A stretch of DNA of 64,000 nucleotides from Phycisphaerae bacterium (GTDB lineage: Bacteria; Planctomycetota; Phycisphaerae; JAAYCJ01), in the NCBI GenBank assembly GCA_012729815.1, contig JAAYCJ010000251.1, forward strand, positions 26,434 to 90,433, in the 5' to 3' direction. The notes below the pieces were generated by a model. That model had not been told where the DNA came from, did no database searches, and saw nothing but the letters and a program-made list of their open reading frames with translations. A program made the translations under genes and the position numbers. This document shows, piece after piece, positions 27,645 to 36,920 of this stretch; positions within the stretch are counted from its first letter, which is position 1; each line of letters begins with the position of its first letter.

Positions 27645-28862
27645 ATGGACCTGACCACTTCCGACGTTTTGAATCTCTACGCCAAACACGTCATCGCCAA
27701 CTACCGCCGACTCCCCATCGTCATCGTCCGCGCCGAAGGCAACCGAATGTGGGACCTCGACGGAAAGGAATACCTCGACTTCTTCCCCGGCTGGGCCGTC
27801 AGCGGACTCGGTCACTGCCATCCCAAAGTCGTCCAGGCCGTCCAGAAACAGGCCGGTGAGCTTATCCACATCGACAACACCTTCGCCAGCGTCCCCCAGG
27901 CCCGACTCGCCCGGATGCTCTCCGAACGAAGCTTCGGCGGAAAGTGCTTCTTCTGCAACAGCGGCGCCGAAGCCAACGAAGCCGCCCTCAAACTCGCCCG
28001 ACTCAAGGGCGCCGGACAACGCCACAAGATCATCTCCATGGAAAAAAGCTTCCACGGCCGCACCTTCGCCGCCATGACCGCCACCGGACAGGCAAAAACC
28101 CACGCCGGATTCCAGCCCCTCGTCCCCGGTTTCGCCTACGTCCCCTTCAACGACTTCGACGCCCTCGCCGAAGCCGTCGATGACCAGACCGTCGGCGTCA
28201 TCCTCGAACCCATCCAGGGTGAAGGCGGTGTCAACATCGCCGACGCCGAATACCTCCACAAGGTCCGCGACCTCTGCGACCAGCGGGACATGGTCCTGAT
28301 CCTCGACGAGGTCCAGACCGGCATGGGGCGAACCGGAACCTGGTTCGGCTACCAGCAGTACGACGTCGTGCCCGACGTCGTCGTCCTCGCCAAAGCCATC
28401 GGCGGCGGCGTCAGCCTCGGTGCCATCATCGCCAAACCCCAACTCGCCGACCTCATGAAGCCCGGCACCCACGCCTCCACCTTTGGCGGAAACCCCCTCG
28501 CCTGCGCCGCCGGTGTCGCCGTCGTCGAAGCCATCGAAGAAGAAAACCTCCTCCAAGCCGCCACCCAACGAGGCGCCTACCTCCGCCAAAAACTCGAACA
28601 ACTCCAGGAAAAGTACCCCATCATCACCGAGATCCGACAGGTCGGCCTGATGATCGGCGTCGAACTCTCCGTCGCCGGCGATGACATCGTCGCCGCCGCA
28701 CTCGAAAGGGGACTCCGAGTCAACTGCACCCAGCAGACCGTCCTGCGAATGTCGCCCGGCATGACCGTCACCGACGAAATGATCGACCAGGCCGTCGCCA
28801 TCCTCGACGAGTCGTTCGCCCAGTGCCAGAACGGCCTGCTCCAAACGCCGGCGGAGGGCTAA
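27645..28862 (+). CDS. argD: Acetylornithine aminotransferase (class III PLP aminotransferase)
   Basis: ILDEVQTGMGRTG, GGG.SLGA, TFGGNPLA motifs. Lies within the arg operon. Confidence 0.9.
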   Translation: MDLTTSDVLNLYAKHVIANYRRLPIVIVRAEGNRMWDLDGKEYLDFFPGWAVSGLGHCHPKVVQAVQKQAGELIHIDNTFASVPQARLARMLSERSFGGKCFFCNSGAEANEAALKLARLKGAGQRHKIISMEKSFHGRTFAAMTATGQAKTHAGFQPLVPGFAYVPFNDFDALAEAVDDQTVGVILEPIQGEGGVNIADAEYLHKVRDLCDQRDMVLILDEVQTGMGRTGTWFGYQQYDVVPDVVVLAKAIGGGVSLGAIIAKPQLADLMKPGTHASTFGGNPLACAAGVAVVEAIEEENLLQAATQRGAYLRQKLEQLQEKYPIITEIRQVGLMIGVELSVAGDDIVAAALERGLRVNCTQQTVLRMSPGMTVTDEMIDQAVAILDESFAQCQNGLLQTPAEG

Positions 28863-28865
28863 CCC

Positions 28866-29801
28866 ATGCAGCCGATCCGACACTTCATCAACATCCTCGA
28901 CTACGACCGTCCGACCCTCGCGGGCCTCATCGAAAAATCCATCGCCGATAAAAAACGCCTCGCCGCAGGCCCCCTCGACCCCTGCCTCGCCCGCCGAAGC
29001 GTCGCCATCTACATGGAAAAACCCTCCCTCCGAACCCGCGTCAGCTTCGAACTCGCCGTCGTCCAGCTCGGCGGCTATCCCGTTATCCTCAACCACGCCG
29101 AAATCGGACTCGGTGCCCGCGAACCCGTCAAGGACGTCGCCCGAGTCATCTCCCGAATGTGCGACGGCTTCGTCGCCCGAACCTTCAGCCACGAAGCCCT
29201 CGAGGAATTCGCCCGATACGCCTCCGTCCCCGTCGTCAACGCCCTGACCGACTACAGCCACCCCTGCCAGGCCATGGCCGACCTGCTCACCGTCCGCGAA
29301 CGCTTCGGCTCGCTCCAGGGCCTCAAGCTCGCCTACGTCGGAGACGGCAACAACGTCGCCCGATCCCTCGCCGCCCTCTGCGCACGACTCGGCGTCGCCT
29401 TCGCCATCGCCGCCCCACAAGGCTTCCAACTCGAAGACGAATTCGTCCGATCCCTCCGCCAGCGCGCGCCAAACGCCGCCTTCGAACAATCCGACGATCC
29501 GCGCCGCGCCGCCGACGGCGCCCACGTCCTCTACACCGACACCTGGGTCTCCATGGGCCAGGAAAAGGACCGCGAACGCAAGGTCCAGGCCTTCAAGGGC
29601 TTCCAACTCACCGCCGACCTTCTTCGCTCCGCCGCCGACAACGCCGTCGTTATGCACTGCCTCCCCGCCTACCGCGGTATGGAAATCACCGACGAGCTCA
29701 TGGAGTCCCCCCAGTCCGTCGTCTTCGACCAGGCCGAAAACCGACTCCACTTCCAGCGAACCCTCCTCGCCGCACTCATCGGAGGCGAACAAATCGACTG
29801 A
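28866..29801 (+). CDS. argF: Ornithine carbamoyltransferase
   Basis: STRTRVSFE carbamoyl-phosphate motif and HCLPA ornithine-binding motif. Confidence 0.9.
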   Translation: MQPIRHFINILDYDRPTLAGLIEKSIADKKRLAAGPLDPCLARRSVAIYMEKPSLRTRVSFELAVVQLGGYPVILNHAEIGLGAREPVKDVARVISRMCDGFVARTFSHEALEEFARYASVPVVNALTDYSHPCQAMADLLTVRERFGSLQGLKLAYVGDGNNVARSLAALCARLGVAFAIAAPQGFQLEDEFVRSLRQRAPNAAFEQSDDPRRAADGAHVLYTDTWVSMGQEKDRERKVQAFKGFQLTADLLRSAADNAVVMHCLPAYRGMEITDELMESPQSVVFDQAENRLHFQRTLLAALIGGEQID

Positions 29802-29837
29802 CGCCCAGGCACGCGCGGGCTGATCGCCGTCAAAGGA

Positions 29838-30602
29838 TTGAAAATCATGGACATATGGAAGTTCTACGACATCACGCACCGTGAACACCTGATATGCAAT
29901 CCCACCAGCGACGAAAAACTGACCCGTCTCGTGCAACTGTTGCGACTCCCAACCAACGCCCGGGTCGTTGACATCGCCTGTGGTAAGGGCGAATTCCTGA
30001 TTCGCCTGGCGCAAGCCTACGGCGTTCGTGGCATCGGCATCGACGTTTCTCCTTTCGTCATCGCCGAAGCACAGAAAAGGCTCCAAACGCGGGCGCCCAG
30101 TGCCGGCGTCACCTTCACTCAGATGGATGGCGCGGATTACAAGCCGGACGAACCGCACAGCCTCGACCTGGCGTCGTGTATCGGCGCCAGTTGGATCTTC
30201 GGAGGCCACGCCAACACCCTCGAAGCCCTGATCAACATGGTAAAGCCCGGCGGCTGGGTCATCGTCGGAGAGCCGTACTGGCAACAGGAACCCTCAGCGG
30301 AGTACCTTGACGCCCTCGGCTGCGCCCGAGACGACTTCGCCACCCACGCCGCCAATGCCGAAGCCGGAGAAAAGCGGGGAATGGACCTCGTCCACACCAT
30401 CGTCAGCAGCAAGGACGACTGGGACAGCTATGAAGGCCTCCAATGGTTCGCGACCGCCGACTACGCCCGCACCCATCCCGATGACCCCGACCTGCCCGAA
30501 CTGGTCCAACGCGTAAACAAGGCAAAAACGGCATACCTCCGCTGGGGACGCGACACTCTTGGCTGGGCCATCTACATCTTCAGATCGCGCCCCGCCTCCT
30601 GA
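29838..30602 (+). CDS. Class I SAM-dependent methyltransferase
   Basis: Motif I VVDIACGKGEF; motif II/III-like IGIDVS, VKPGGWVIV. Confidence 0.8.
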   Translation: MKIMDIWKFYDITHREHLICNPTSDEKLTRLVQLLRLPTNARVVDIACGKGEFLIRLAQAYGVRGIGIDVSPFVIAEAQKRLQTRAPSAGVTFTQMDGADYKPDEPHSLDLASCIGASWIFGGHANTLEALINMVKPGGWVIVGEPYWQQEPSAEYLDALGCARDDFATHAANAEAGEKRGMDLVHTIVSSKDDWDSYEGLQWFATADYARTHPDDPDLPELVQRVNKAKTAYLRWGRDTLGWAIYIFRSRPAS

Positions 30603-30656
30603 CAAGCGAACAAACGCGACCCCGTAGACCCGGCAGGACGTGTTGCCACCCGCCAA

Positions 30657-30690
30657 AACACACCTTGCCTCTCCCCCAAATCAGCAATCT
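30657..30690. repeat. 34-bp direct repeat R1 copy 1 (AAAACACACCTTGCCTCTCCCCCAAATCAGCAATC)
   Basis: 33/34 identical to 33590..33624. Together they bracket the 703-aa gene and the transposase remnant. Confidence 0.7.
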
Positions 30691-30723
30691 ACAATCAGAA
30701 ATCAGCAATCACTCCCCTCCTCG

Positions 30724-30754
30724 TGTCATCCCCGCGCAGGCGGGGATCCAGACC
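30724..30754. repeat. Solitary CRISPR type I-E-like repeat hairpin (GTGTCATCCCCGCGCAGGCGGGGATCCAGAC); no array, no cas genes in window
   Basis: The stem CCCCGC/GCGGGG with a 4-nt loop and flanking GTGT...GGGGAT closely resembles the E. coli I-E repeat GAGTTCCCCGCGCCAGCGGGGATAAACCG. Only one copy is present. Confidence 0.3.
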
Positions 30755-30921
30755 TCGATGCGAGAACGCAGCGCTAGGCGCCCGAATCAACCCCGTACGC
30801 CATCATCGCAAAAAGCCACCAACGAATTGCCCTTACCCGGTCATACCGAAAAACAGGCGCCGTTGATGCCCGTGTACGAGAACGTCCTGCGGTAATTCGG
30901 AACACTCCCGAATCAAGGTTC

Positions 30922-33033
30922 CTATTCTGTATAGGGCCCGCCGTCGTTCATGGCCATAAGCCGGAGAACCTCTTCAAACTGCGACTTGATCTTCGTCTTC
31001 GCGGTCAGATCCCAGATCGAAACTCCTAACGCCCGCAACCCGAGGATCGCGGGCGTCCAGGCCTGGCCCCACCCGGCCTCGATGCTCCAGGCACCCCAGC
31101 CGAGGTCCGCTGAGCTGCCCCAATATTCCCACATGCGGTAATCGAAGGCCCGAAACCACATGCCGCTCAGGTAGGGGTATCTTTCGGACCGGATTTGGAT
31201 GCGGCACTGGAATTTGGCCAATCGGTCCGCGGCGTCTCTCAGTTTCGGATCACCGGTTACGGCGGCCGCCTCGTGGAGACCCAGCATGGCGAACCCCGTG
31301 CAATAGAGATGATCGCAGACGGGATCGCCGTTCTCCTGGATCAGCGACGCCTCGTCCGTTCCGTAGGCTTCGTTGGACTTCAATGGATAACAGCCGTCCA
31401 TTCGTGTCCGGCATTCGTTGTGTTCCCGAATCGCCCCGCACGGCTGCTGAAGATTCAAAAGATAATCCGTTGCTCGCTTGAGGAACCCCCGATGTTCCGG
31501 CGTATCCTCCGCCCGTACCAGCCAGGCCAGGGCCAGGATCATCCGCGTAAAATCGCCTCCGTCCGTCCAAGGCCGTTCCGACCGGAGGGCCATCACCAGC
31601 TTGATCCCCAGCCGGGCCGTCTCCAGCAACGGTTTATACCCGGTGTGGTGATAAGCCCACAGAAAACAGGCCCACATGTAAGGGTCGCGCTCCGTGCAGG
31701 TATGAAAAGTCGGCTGGTCGTGATAGTACCGCCAGCCGTGTTTCTCGAGATCCGGAATATCCCAGGCACCCTCCAATGTCGTAAAGCTCAGCAATCCATA
31801 CAGCCGATGCGTGGCCAGGATTTCCTTCAGCATCACGGAATCCCATTTGTCCGTTTTCAAACACGCAGCCGCGATCATCGTCGCGATCAACCCTCGAGCT
31901 TCGTCATCGGGATACGTCCGCTTCAGCCATCCTGCCAGGGATTTCCTGTCGCCCCATCCGCCGTCGCCCCATGCCTTCAAGCCGAACGCGGGGTGATTCG
32001 GATCGTCTCTGACTCCCGTGTGCATATTCGACCGAAAATACACGTAGTCGAGAAGATTCTCCGCGATCCTTCGGCTGCGCTCCCGTTTCCGTACCATCCA
32101 ATCGAGCATCAGGACCATCGCGGACTCGCAGTTACAGTCTCCGCGCAAGGGAACCCGCTGTTTGTACTGCGCCCCGTCATAGCGAATGTTCGAGGAATAG
32201 CCTTCCAGCACGCCATACGTTCCATCGCCCACCGGTTCGTTCTCACCCGGCAGGTCGATGGTATCGTCGCTGATGTCCTCGTCGCCGCCGGCAATTCCTG
32301 CAAACCGCTCTTCACTCAACAGCAGCCGCGATCGATCATACCACTCGGCCACCCGCGCAAGGGCCGCGGTTTCCACGTCGGCCGGCAAGCTGTCCTTCGG
32401 GCCGTAGATCGGCCCGATCACCGGAGTCCATCTCAGATCCAAAGCCGTTCCTTCCCCCAGTTGTTTCAGGAGATACTCCCAAATGGTCTTCCACGCCCCG
32501 GCCGGAGCGAACCGCCCGGAAACAAAGCCGGAAAGCCTGCTCGTGATAACCAAGACATTGTCCTTGGCTCTGAAAAGGAGCGGCCAGGTTTCCTCCGGCA
32601 GGCCGAAAACAGCCTTATCATATCCAGCCACCCGCGCGATCACGAGAAGCGGATCGGCGGCCCTCATCGCGACAAAGCGGCAATCGTGCACGGCCAGGAT
32701 CGTCAGGTTCTTCAAGGTGTCTCCGAAATCAGGCGCGGAGACGACCGCCCGCTCCCAGTGGCACCTTCTGACTTCCCCAGCCTCCTGGCCGGGCACAAAC
32801 GATGGAAATTCCACCAACAGTTTCAACCGTTTCTGTTCCGCCAACTGAAATAGTTCTTCGGAGATTTCCGTCCGTGTGGCCGGATACGCATCAGCCAGAA
32901 TCAGTACCCCATCGCCGCTCCGTGCTTTTTCAATCGCCTCCCGCGGAGTGTCATAGCGCGGATAGTCCTTTCCGGACGCGCTCAATACGCAATAAAGATC
33001 ATTCTCGCAGGTCGAGCAGAATACCAGGCTCAT
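30922..33033 (-). CDS. Hypothetical 703-aa protein, probable (alpha/alpha)6-type glycoside-hydrolase-like enzyme; lower GC than flanking genes
   Basis: Long ORF rich in W/Y/H. No signal peptide. Composition and third-position usage are more AT-rich than the host genes. Confidence 0.55.
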   Translation of the reverse strand: MSLVFCSTCENDLYCVLSASGKDYPRYDTPREAIEKARSGDGVLILADAYPATRTEISEELFQLAEQKRLKLLVEFPSFVPGQEAGEVRRCHWERAVVSAPDFGDTLKNLTILAVHDCRFVAMRAADPLLVIARVAGYDKAVFGLPEETWPLLFRAKDNVLVITSRLSGFVSGRFAPAGAWKTIWEYLLKQLGEGTALDLRWTPVIGPIYGPKDSLPADVETAALARVAEWYDRSRLLLSEERFAGIAGGDEDISDDTIDLPGENEPVGDGTYGVLEGYSSNIRYDGAQYKQRVPLRGDCNCESAMVLMLDWMVRKRERSRRIAENLLDYVYFRSNMHTGVRDDPNHPAFGLKAWGDGGWGDRKSLAGWLKRTYPDDEARGLIATMIAAACLKTDKWDSVMLKEILATHRLYGLLSFTTLEGAWDIPDLEKHGWRYYHDQPTFHTCTERDPYMWACFLWAYHHTGYKPLLETARLGIKLVMALRSERPWTDGGDFTRMILALAWLVRAEDTPEHRGFLKRATDYLLNLQQPCGAIREHNECRTRMDGCYPLKSNEAYGTDEASLIQENGDPVCDHLYCTGFAMLGLHEAAAVTGDPKLRDAADRLAKFQCRIQIRSERYPYLSGMWFRAFDYRMWEYWGSSADLGWGAWSIEAGWGQAWTPAILGLRALGVSIWDLTAKTKIKSQFEEVLRLMAMNDGGPYTE

Positions 33034-33036
33034 TCC

Positions 33037-33531
33037 TCATTTCCCTTTCATTCGCTTTTCCAGACCCCGTTTCGACGCACGCAGACAAAAGACCGGGCCT
33101 GCGTCTCCCGGACGGGCAGGGTTTGATATGTTCCACAGAATGTGAGACAAAACGCGGTTCTGATTAAGAGACAGTCTTTCCTCCGGGAACGGGATCCGGC
33201 GTTGTCTGAGTTTAAGGTTTTCCTGTTTCCTCATTTCCCTGGCCGTGGCCAGTTTCCGGCGGCGTTCGGCCTGCATCGCCTCCGGGTTTCCATGATAGTA
33301 ATCGATCGGCCGCAGGAACCCAACGGCCGAGTGCGGACGCTCGTGATTGTAGTGATCGATCACCGCGTCGACCACGCGTTTCGCCTCGCCGATGGTCCCT
33401 TGGCGGCGTTCGAGCTCGGCGTTGTCCGTCGGGGTGTGCGGCCGGATCTCGGTATGGGCGATGCCGGCCTCCTTCAACGTGGCTGCAAAGTCGCCCGAGT
33501 CATGTAGGGTGGATGTTCCTACATCCACCAT
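33037..33531 (-). pseudogene. IS3/IS481-family transposase (rve integrase core) C-terminal fragment; remnant
   Basis: HDSGDFAATLKEAGIAHTEIRPHTPTDNAELERRQGTI matches the integrase D-D-E distal region (tDNGsEF..GI.h...rP.tP.tNg..ER). The N-terminal DDE residues are missing and the C-terminal part reads through into non-homologous sequence. Confidence 0.55.
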
Positions 33532-33589
33532 TTCCTTCTGCCGCCCGTATCGCGAGCTGCCGAGCGCGTAGGGTGTGTTTTCGCCCGCG

Positions 33590-33624
33590 AAAACACACCT
33601 TGTCTCTCCCCCAAATCAGCAATC
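33590..33624. repeat. 34-bp direct repeat R1 copy 2, immediately preceded by a perfect 13-bp inverted repeat (33563..33590)
   Basis: See R1 copy 1. The inverted repeat is GGTGTGTTTTCGC-cc-GCGAAAACACACC. Confidence 0.7.
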
Positions 33625-33870
33625 AACAGCAATTCCCGCTCCCCGCTTGGCGCTCTTGGCGTCCTTGGTGGTTCAACCCCTCCGCTCCCCGCCAAAGGCG
33701 GCTCCAGCCTGACCTCCTGATTTGCTGACTACCCGACCACCTCTCTTCCTCCGCGCCCTCCGCGTGCTCCGTGCAAACCCAAAAACGAACCGCCAACCAC
33801 GCCGCCATCCCCCACCCCCAGCCTTCACATTTTGCATTTTAGTATTTTCTATTTTCACTTTTCATTTCCC

Positions 33871-34057
33871 CTCCGCGTCTCCGCCCCTCGGCGGGCGAAC
33901 GCATTTTGCCTTCAAGGTCCGCCAACGGCGGACCCCTAAAGCCTAAAGCCCAGAGCCTAAAGCCTGCGCAGCCCCCCAACGCACCCTTGCCTCGCAGCCA
34001 AACCCCGGATACCATCATAATCCGGAATCCGCCGCCAACCTTCAACAGCGGCCGGGA
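33871..34057. repeat. About 170-190-bp direct repeat R2 copy 1 (contains 3 tandem copies of CTAAAGCC versus 1 in copy 2)
   Basis: About 90% identical to 36725..36890 (CTCCGCGTCTCCGCCCCTCGGCGGGCGAACGCATTTTGCCTTCAA ... ATCATAATCCGGAATCCGCCGCCAACCTTCAACAGCGGCCGGGA). Confidence 0.8.
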
Positions 34058-34264
34058 CATCTTCGATAGCATCGTATTTCCGGCGTCACGGCAGCCTGCC
34101 GGCGGGTTTCGCCAGCTTCCGGACGAAGAATGTTTGACGCAACGGCGGTTCGGCGGTATGTTTCGCTCTGCAAGCGGCTTCCGTCCAGCAAACGGCAGTT
34201 GTCGTATGATAAAGCGTTCGGCCTCAAGATGGCTGTCGAGTGAAGAAAGGGGAATTGACGTTCT

Positions 34265-36490
34265 ATGTCGACTAAACTGGTGAAAGCGTTCAACGTCACA
34301 GGGGAGGAGCATGCCGACGCCTTCGAGCGATTCGCGAATGCGTTCATGGTCGATGATTATCCCGAGGTGAAGCCACTGGGCGGGAAAAAGGACAAGGGCA
34401 TGGACGCCTACATCTACGACGATGAGGCCGGGAAGGCAACCGTCGTGGTGCAGAGCTGCGTTTCGCCCGCATCGAGGGCACGCACCAAGGTGCTCGGGAC
34501 CATCGAGAAGCTGAAGGACAACGAGCTCCTGCCCGAAGTCTTCGTATACTGCACATCGGACAACGTCGGAACCGATCTAGACGAGACGAAGAAGGAACTC
34601 CGCCGCGACTACAAGGTGGCGCTCAATGTCTGCGACGCCGCTTGGTTCGTCTCCCGCCATCAGACGTCGCAAAACCGCGCCGCCGCCAGCGAAACATACG
34701 CTCGCGAGGTGCTGGAGCCATTCGTCCGCTCCCTCCAACCGGACAAACTCTACAGCCTCGTCCTAAGCGAGACCCAGCAGCGGGTGGCGGTCCAGTACCT
34801 CGAGGCGCTGACCCTCGACCGCGCCAGAGGCGGCAACCTGACGAAGGGCATTTTCGATGCCCTGATCGCGTGCGTCACGCGGGATTCGAACCCGCCGGCC
34901 AAAGCCTACACCGAGGAAGCAATTGTGACAGCTATCTGTGGGATGTTCCCGTCCGGACATGCGGGGCGGATTAAGGAGATCGTGCCGGGCCGCATCCAGC
35001 ACCTCGTCCGCAAGAAGGCACTGCACTTCAACACGCAGGCCGGTGGTTACGTCCTCTCGTTCACGTACCGGGACCGGGTTCAGGGCAATATGCAGAAAGC
35101 TCATGATCGGGAACTGGCATTCTTGGCGGCTCTGGGCGCTGCCGTCAAGCGAGCGGGGGACGATCTGAAGGTGGATTACCAGTTCTCAACCGAGAAAGTC
35201 GTCGAGATCGGGCACCAAGCCGTGCTGTGGTACCTGCGTGAGCAGGGCAAGGCGGTCAGTGACCCGACGTCGGCTCTGCTCAACATCCTGAACGCGGAGA
35301 GGCTCGTCGAGGAGTTCTTGAAGCAGCACCCGCTTTCCAACCCCACCACGAAGGCACCGCTCACCAGTGAGCAAGTCATGGACCTGCTCCCGCCCGCCCT
35401 CTTCGTCACACTCAATACGAAGGACGAGGAGGTGCGGAAGTACCTACGGGGCAAGGCGGACCTGTTCATCGTCCATGGCTTCTTGCAGGTGACGCCGGAC
35501 GTCCAGGATGCGTGCCGCAAGCTCCTCGGGGGCGACGTCCTTTACTTGGACACAACCGTCCTGATTCGCTGCCTCGCTGAACATTACTCCACAGGCGACC
35601 GGAGGCCGCTTCTGGATACCCTCGAAGGGGCGAAGCGGGTGGGCTACCAGTTGCGGACGTGGTGGCCCTACATTGGGGAGCTTGTGTCGCACCTGCGGAA
35701 CCGCGTCCAACAGGAGTGGGCCAACCACTACCGTATCCGCAGCCCCGAAGTTCTGGCAGTGCTTCTACCCACGGCCCGGACCCTGGTCCGCGTGTTCTGC
35801 GAGCGTGCTAAGGCAGATGGAGGATCGCTGCCGGACATCGTGGATGAAATCCTCGGTACGACGAACGAACGAGAGAACGCCGTGGAGTTTCTCAAGGAGG
35901 TATTCGGCATTGAGACTGAGGACTTGCCGTCGCTCGACGGGGACGACCAGGAGGTTCGTGATCGAGCCCACTCGCTCTGGTCGAAGACCAAGCGCCGGCC
36001 CGAGAATGTTCCGGAAGACCGCTTCAGGATTCTCGTTGATAACGACGTCAACTCTTACGTCTCAATCATCCGCTTGCGGCGTACTCAGAAGACGCACGGG
36101 CCGAACTACGGCCACAAGATATGGTATTTGACCCTCGACCGCATGCCTTGGCGCATCGCGGGGATGATGTCGCAGAGGCGTGAGCCGAAGTACGAAGTGG
36201 CGATGAGCTTCAGTTACTTGATGAACTGCGTTGCCACGATCGCCATTACCGGCCAGGTCAACATCCCAGAAGAGCTGATCCCGGCCACCACGATCCTCGA
36301 AGAGGCAGAAATGGTTCCCGGCGAGATCCGAGCCGTGTACGAGAAGGATGTCAAGCCCACGGACAAGCCGTTCCTTCTGGTCAGGAAGGTGCGCGACTTG
36401 ACACATAAACTCAAATCGAGCAAGCCGATGCAGGTTGAGCCGCTGGATGCCGAAGACTATCTGGATTTGACGGTCGAGGAAGGTATTTGA
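34265..36490 (+). CDS. Orphan 741-aa hypothetical protein between the R2 repeats; function unknown (speculatively a defence/abortive-infection-type or selfish-element protein)
   Basis: Uninterrupted ORF. GC and codon usage are more AT-rich than the host. No P-loop. The N-terminal about 100 aa (GGKKDKGMDAYIYDDEAGKATVVVQSC) are loosely reminiscent of REase-fold (Mrr/NERD-like) cores, but the conserved Lys is not evident. A possible Rx4H (RRTQKTH) occurs near the C-terminus. Confidence 0.65.
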   Translation: MSTKLVKAFNVTGEEHADAFERFANAFMVDDYPEVKPLGGKKDKGMDAYIYDDEAGKATVVVQSCVSPASRARTKVLGTIEKLKDNELLPEVFVYCTSDNVGTDLDETKKELRRDYKVALNVCDAAWFVSRHQTSQNRAAASETYAREVLEPFVRSLQPDKLYSLVLSETQQRVAVQYLEALTLDRARGGNLTKGIFDALIACVTRDSNPPAKAYTEEAIVTAICGMFPSGHAGRIKEIVPGRIQHLVRKKALHFNTQAGGYVLSFTYRDRVQGNMQKAHDRELAFLAALGAAVKRAGDDLKVDYQFSTEKVVEIGHQAVLWYLREQGKAVSDPTSALLNILNAERLVEEFLKQHPLSNPTTKAPLTSEQVMDLLPPALFVTLNTKDEEVRKYLRGKADLFIVHGFLQVTPDVQDACRKLLGGDVLYLDTTVLIRCLAEHYSTGDRRPLLDTLEGAKRVGYQLRTWWPYIGELVSHLRNRVQQEWANHYRIRSPEVLAVLLPTARTLVRVFCERAKADGGSLPDIVDEILGTTNERENAVEFLKEVFGIETEDLPSLDGDDQEVRDRAHSLWSKTKRRPENVPEDRFRILVDNDVNSYVSIIRLRRTQKTHGPNYGHKIWYLTLDRMPWRIAGMMSQRREPKYEVAMSFSYLMNCVATIAITGQVNIPEELIPATTILEEAEMVPGEIRAVYEKDVKPTDKPFLLVRKVRDLTHKLKSSKPMQVEPLDAEDYLDLTVEEGI

Positions 36491-36724
36491 CTTTCAAACC
36501 TTTCATTCTCGCATATGACTAACTGGGATCGACGCCATTCCCGCCATTCAGGATCGAAGGATCGGGGATCGAAACGGGGACGCAGCTAGTTTTCGCGTCA
36601 TTCAAAACAGTCACCCGTTTTCGAACTTCCCCTTGCCCAGCCGCGGCAGCGTGCGAAGCAACCGGCGTCAGGTCCTGAACGTTTACTTCTCAACCCGCTC
36701 CCTTCGCAATCTTCCGTCCAAACC

Positions 36725-36890
36725 CTCCGCGTCTCCGCCCCTCGGCGGGCGAACGCATTTTGCCTTCAACGTCCGCCAAAGGCGGACTCCTAAAGCCTCC
36801 GCAGCCGCCCAACACACCCTTGCCTCACAGCCAGACCCCGGATACCATCATAATCCGGAATCCGCCGCCAACCTTCAACAGCGGCCGGGA
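36725..36890. repeat. Direct repeat R2 copy 2 (forms the native promoter/leader of rph)
   Basis: See R2 copy 1. It ends at GCGGCCGGGA, 30 nt before the rph ATG. Confidence 0.8.
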
Positions 36891-36920
36891 GTTTTCGCTG
36901 AAACCAACCGGAGGCCCTCA

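Noticed and set aside
30724-30754. CRISPR array
   Set aside because: Only a single repeat-like unit was found, with no spacers or cas genes. It is reported as an orphan repeat only.
34265-34600. Confident Mrr/PD-(D/E)xK nuclease call for the island protein N-terminus
   Set aside because: There is a G-x-D...hydrophobic-Q pattern but no conserved Lys of the (D/E/Q)xK motif. This is too weak without profile searches.
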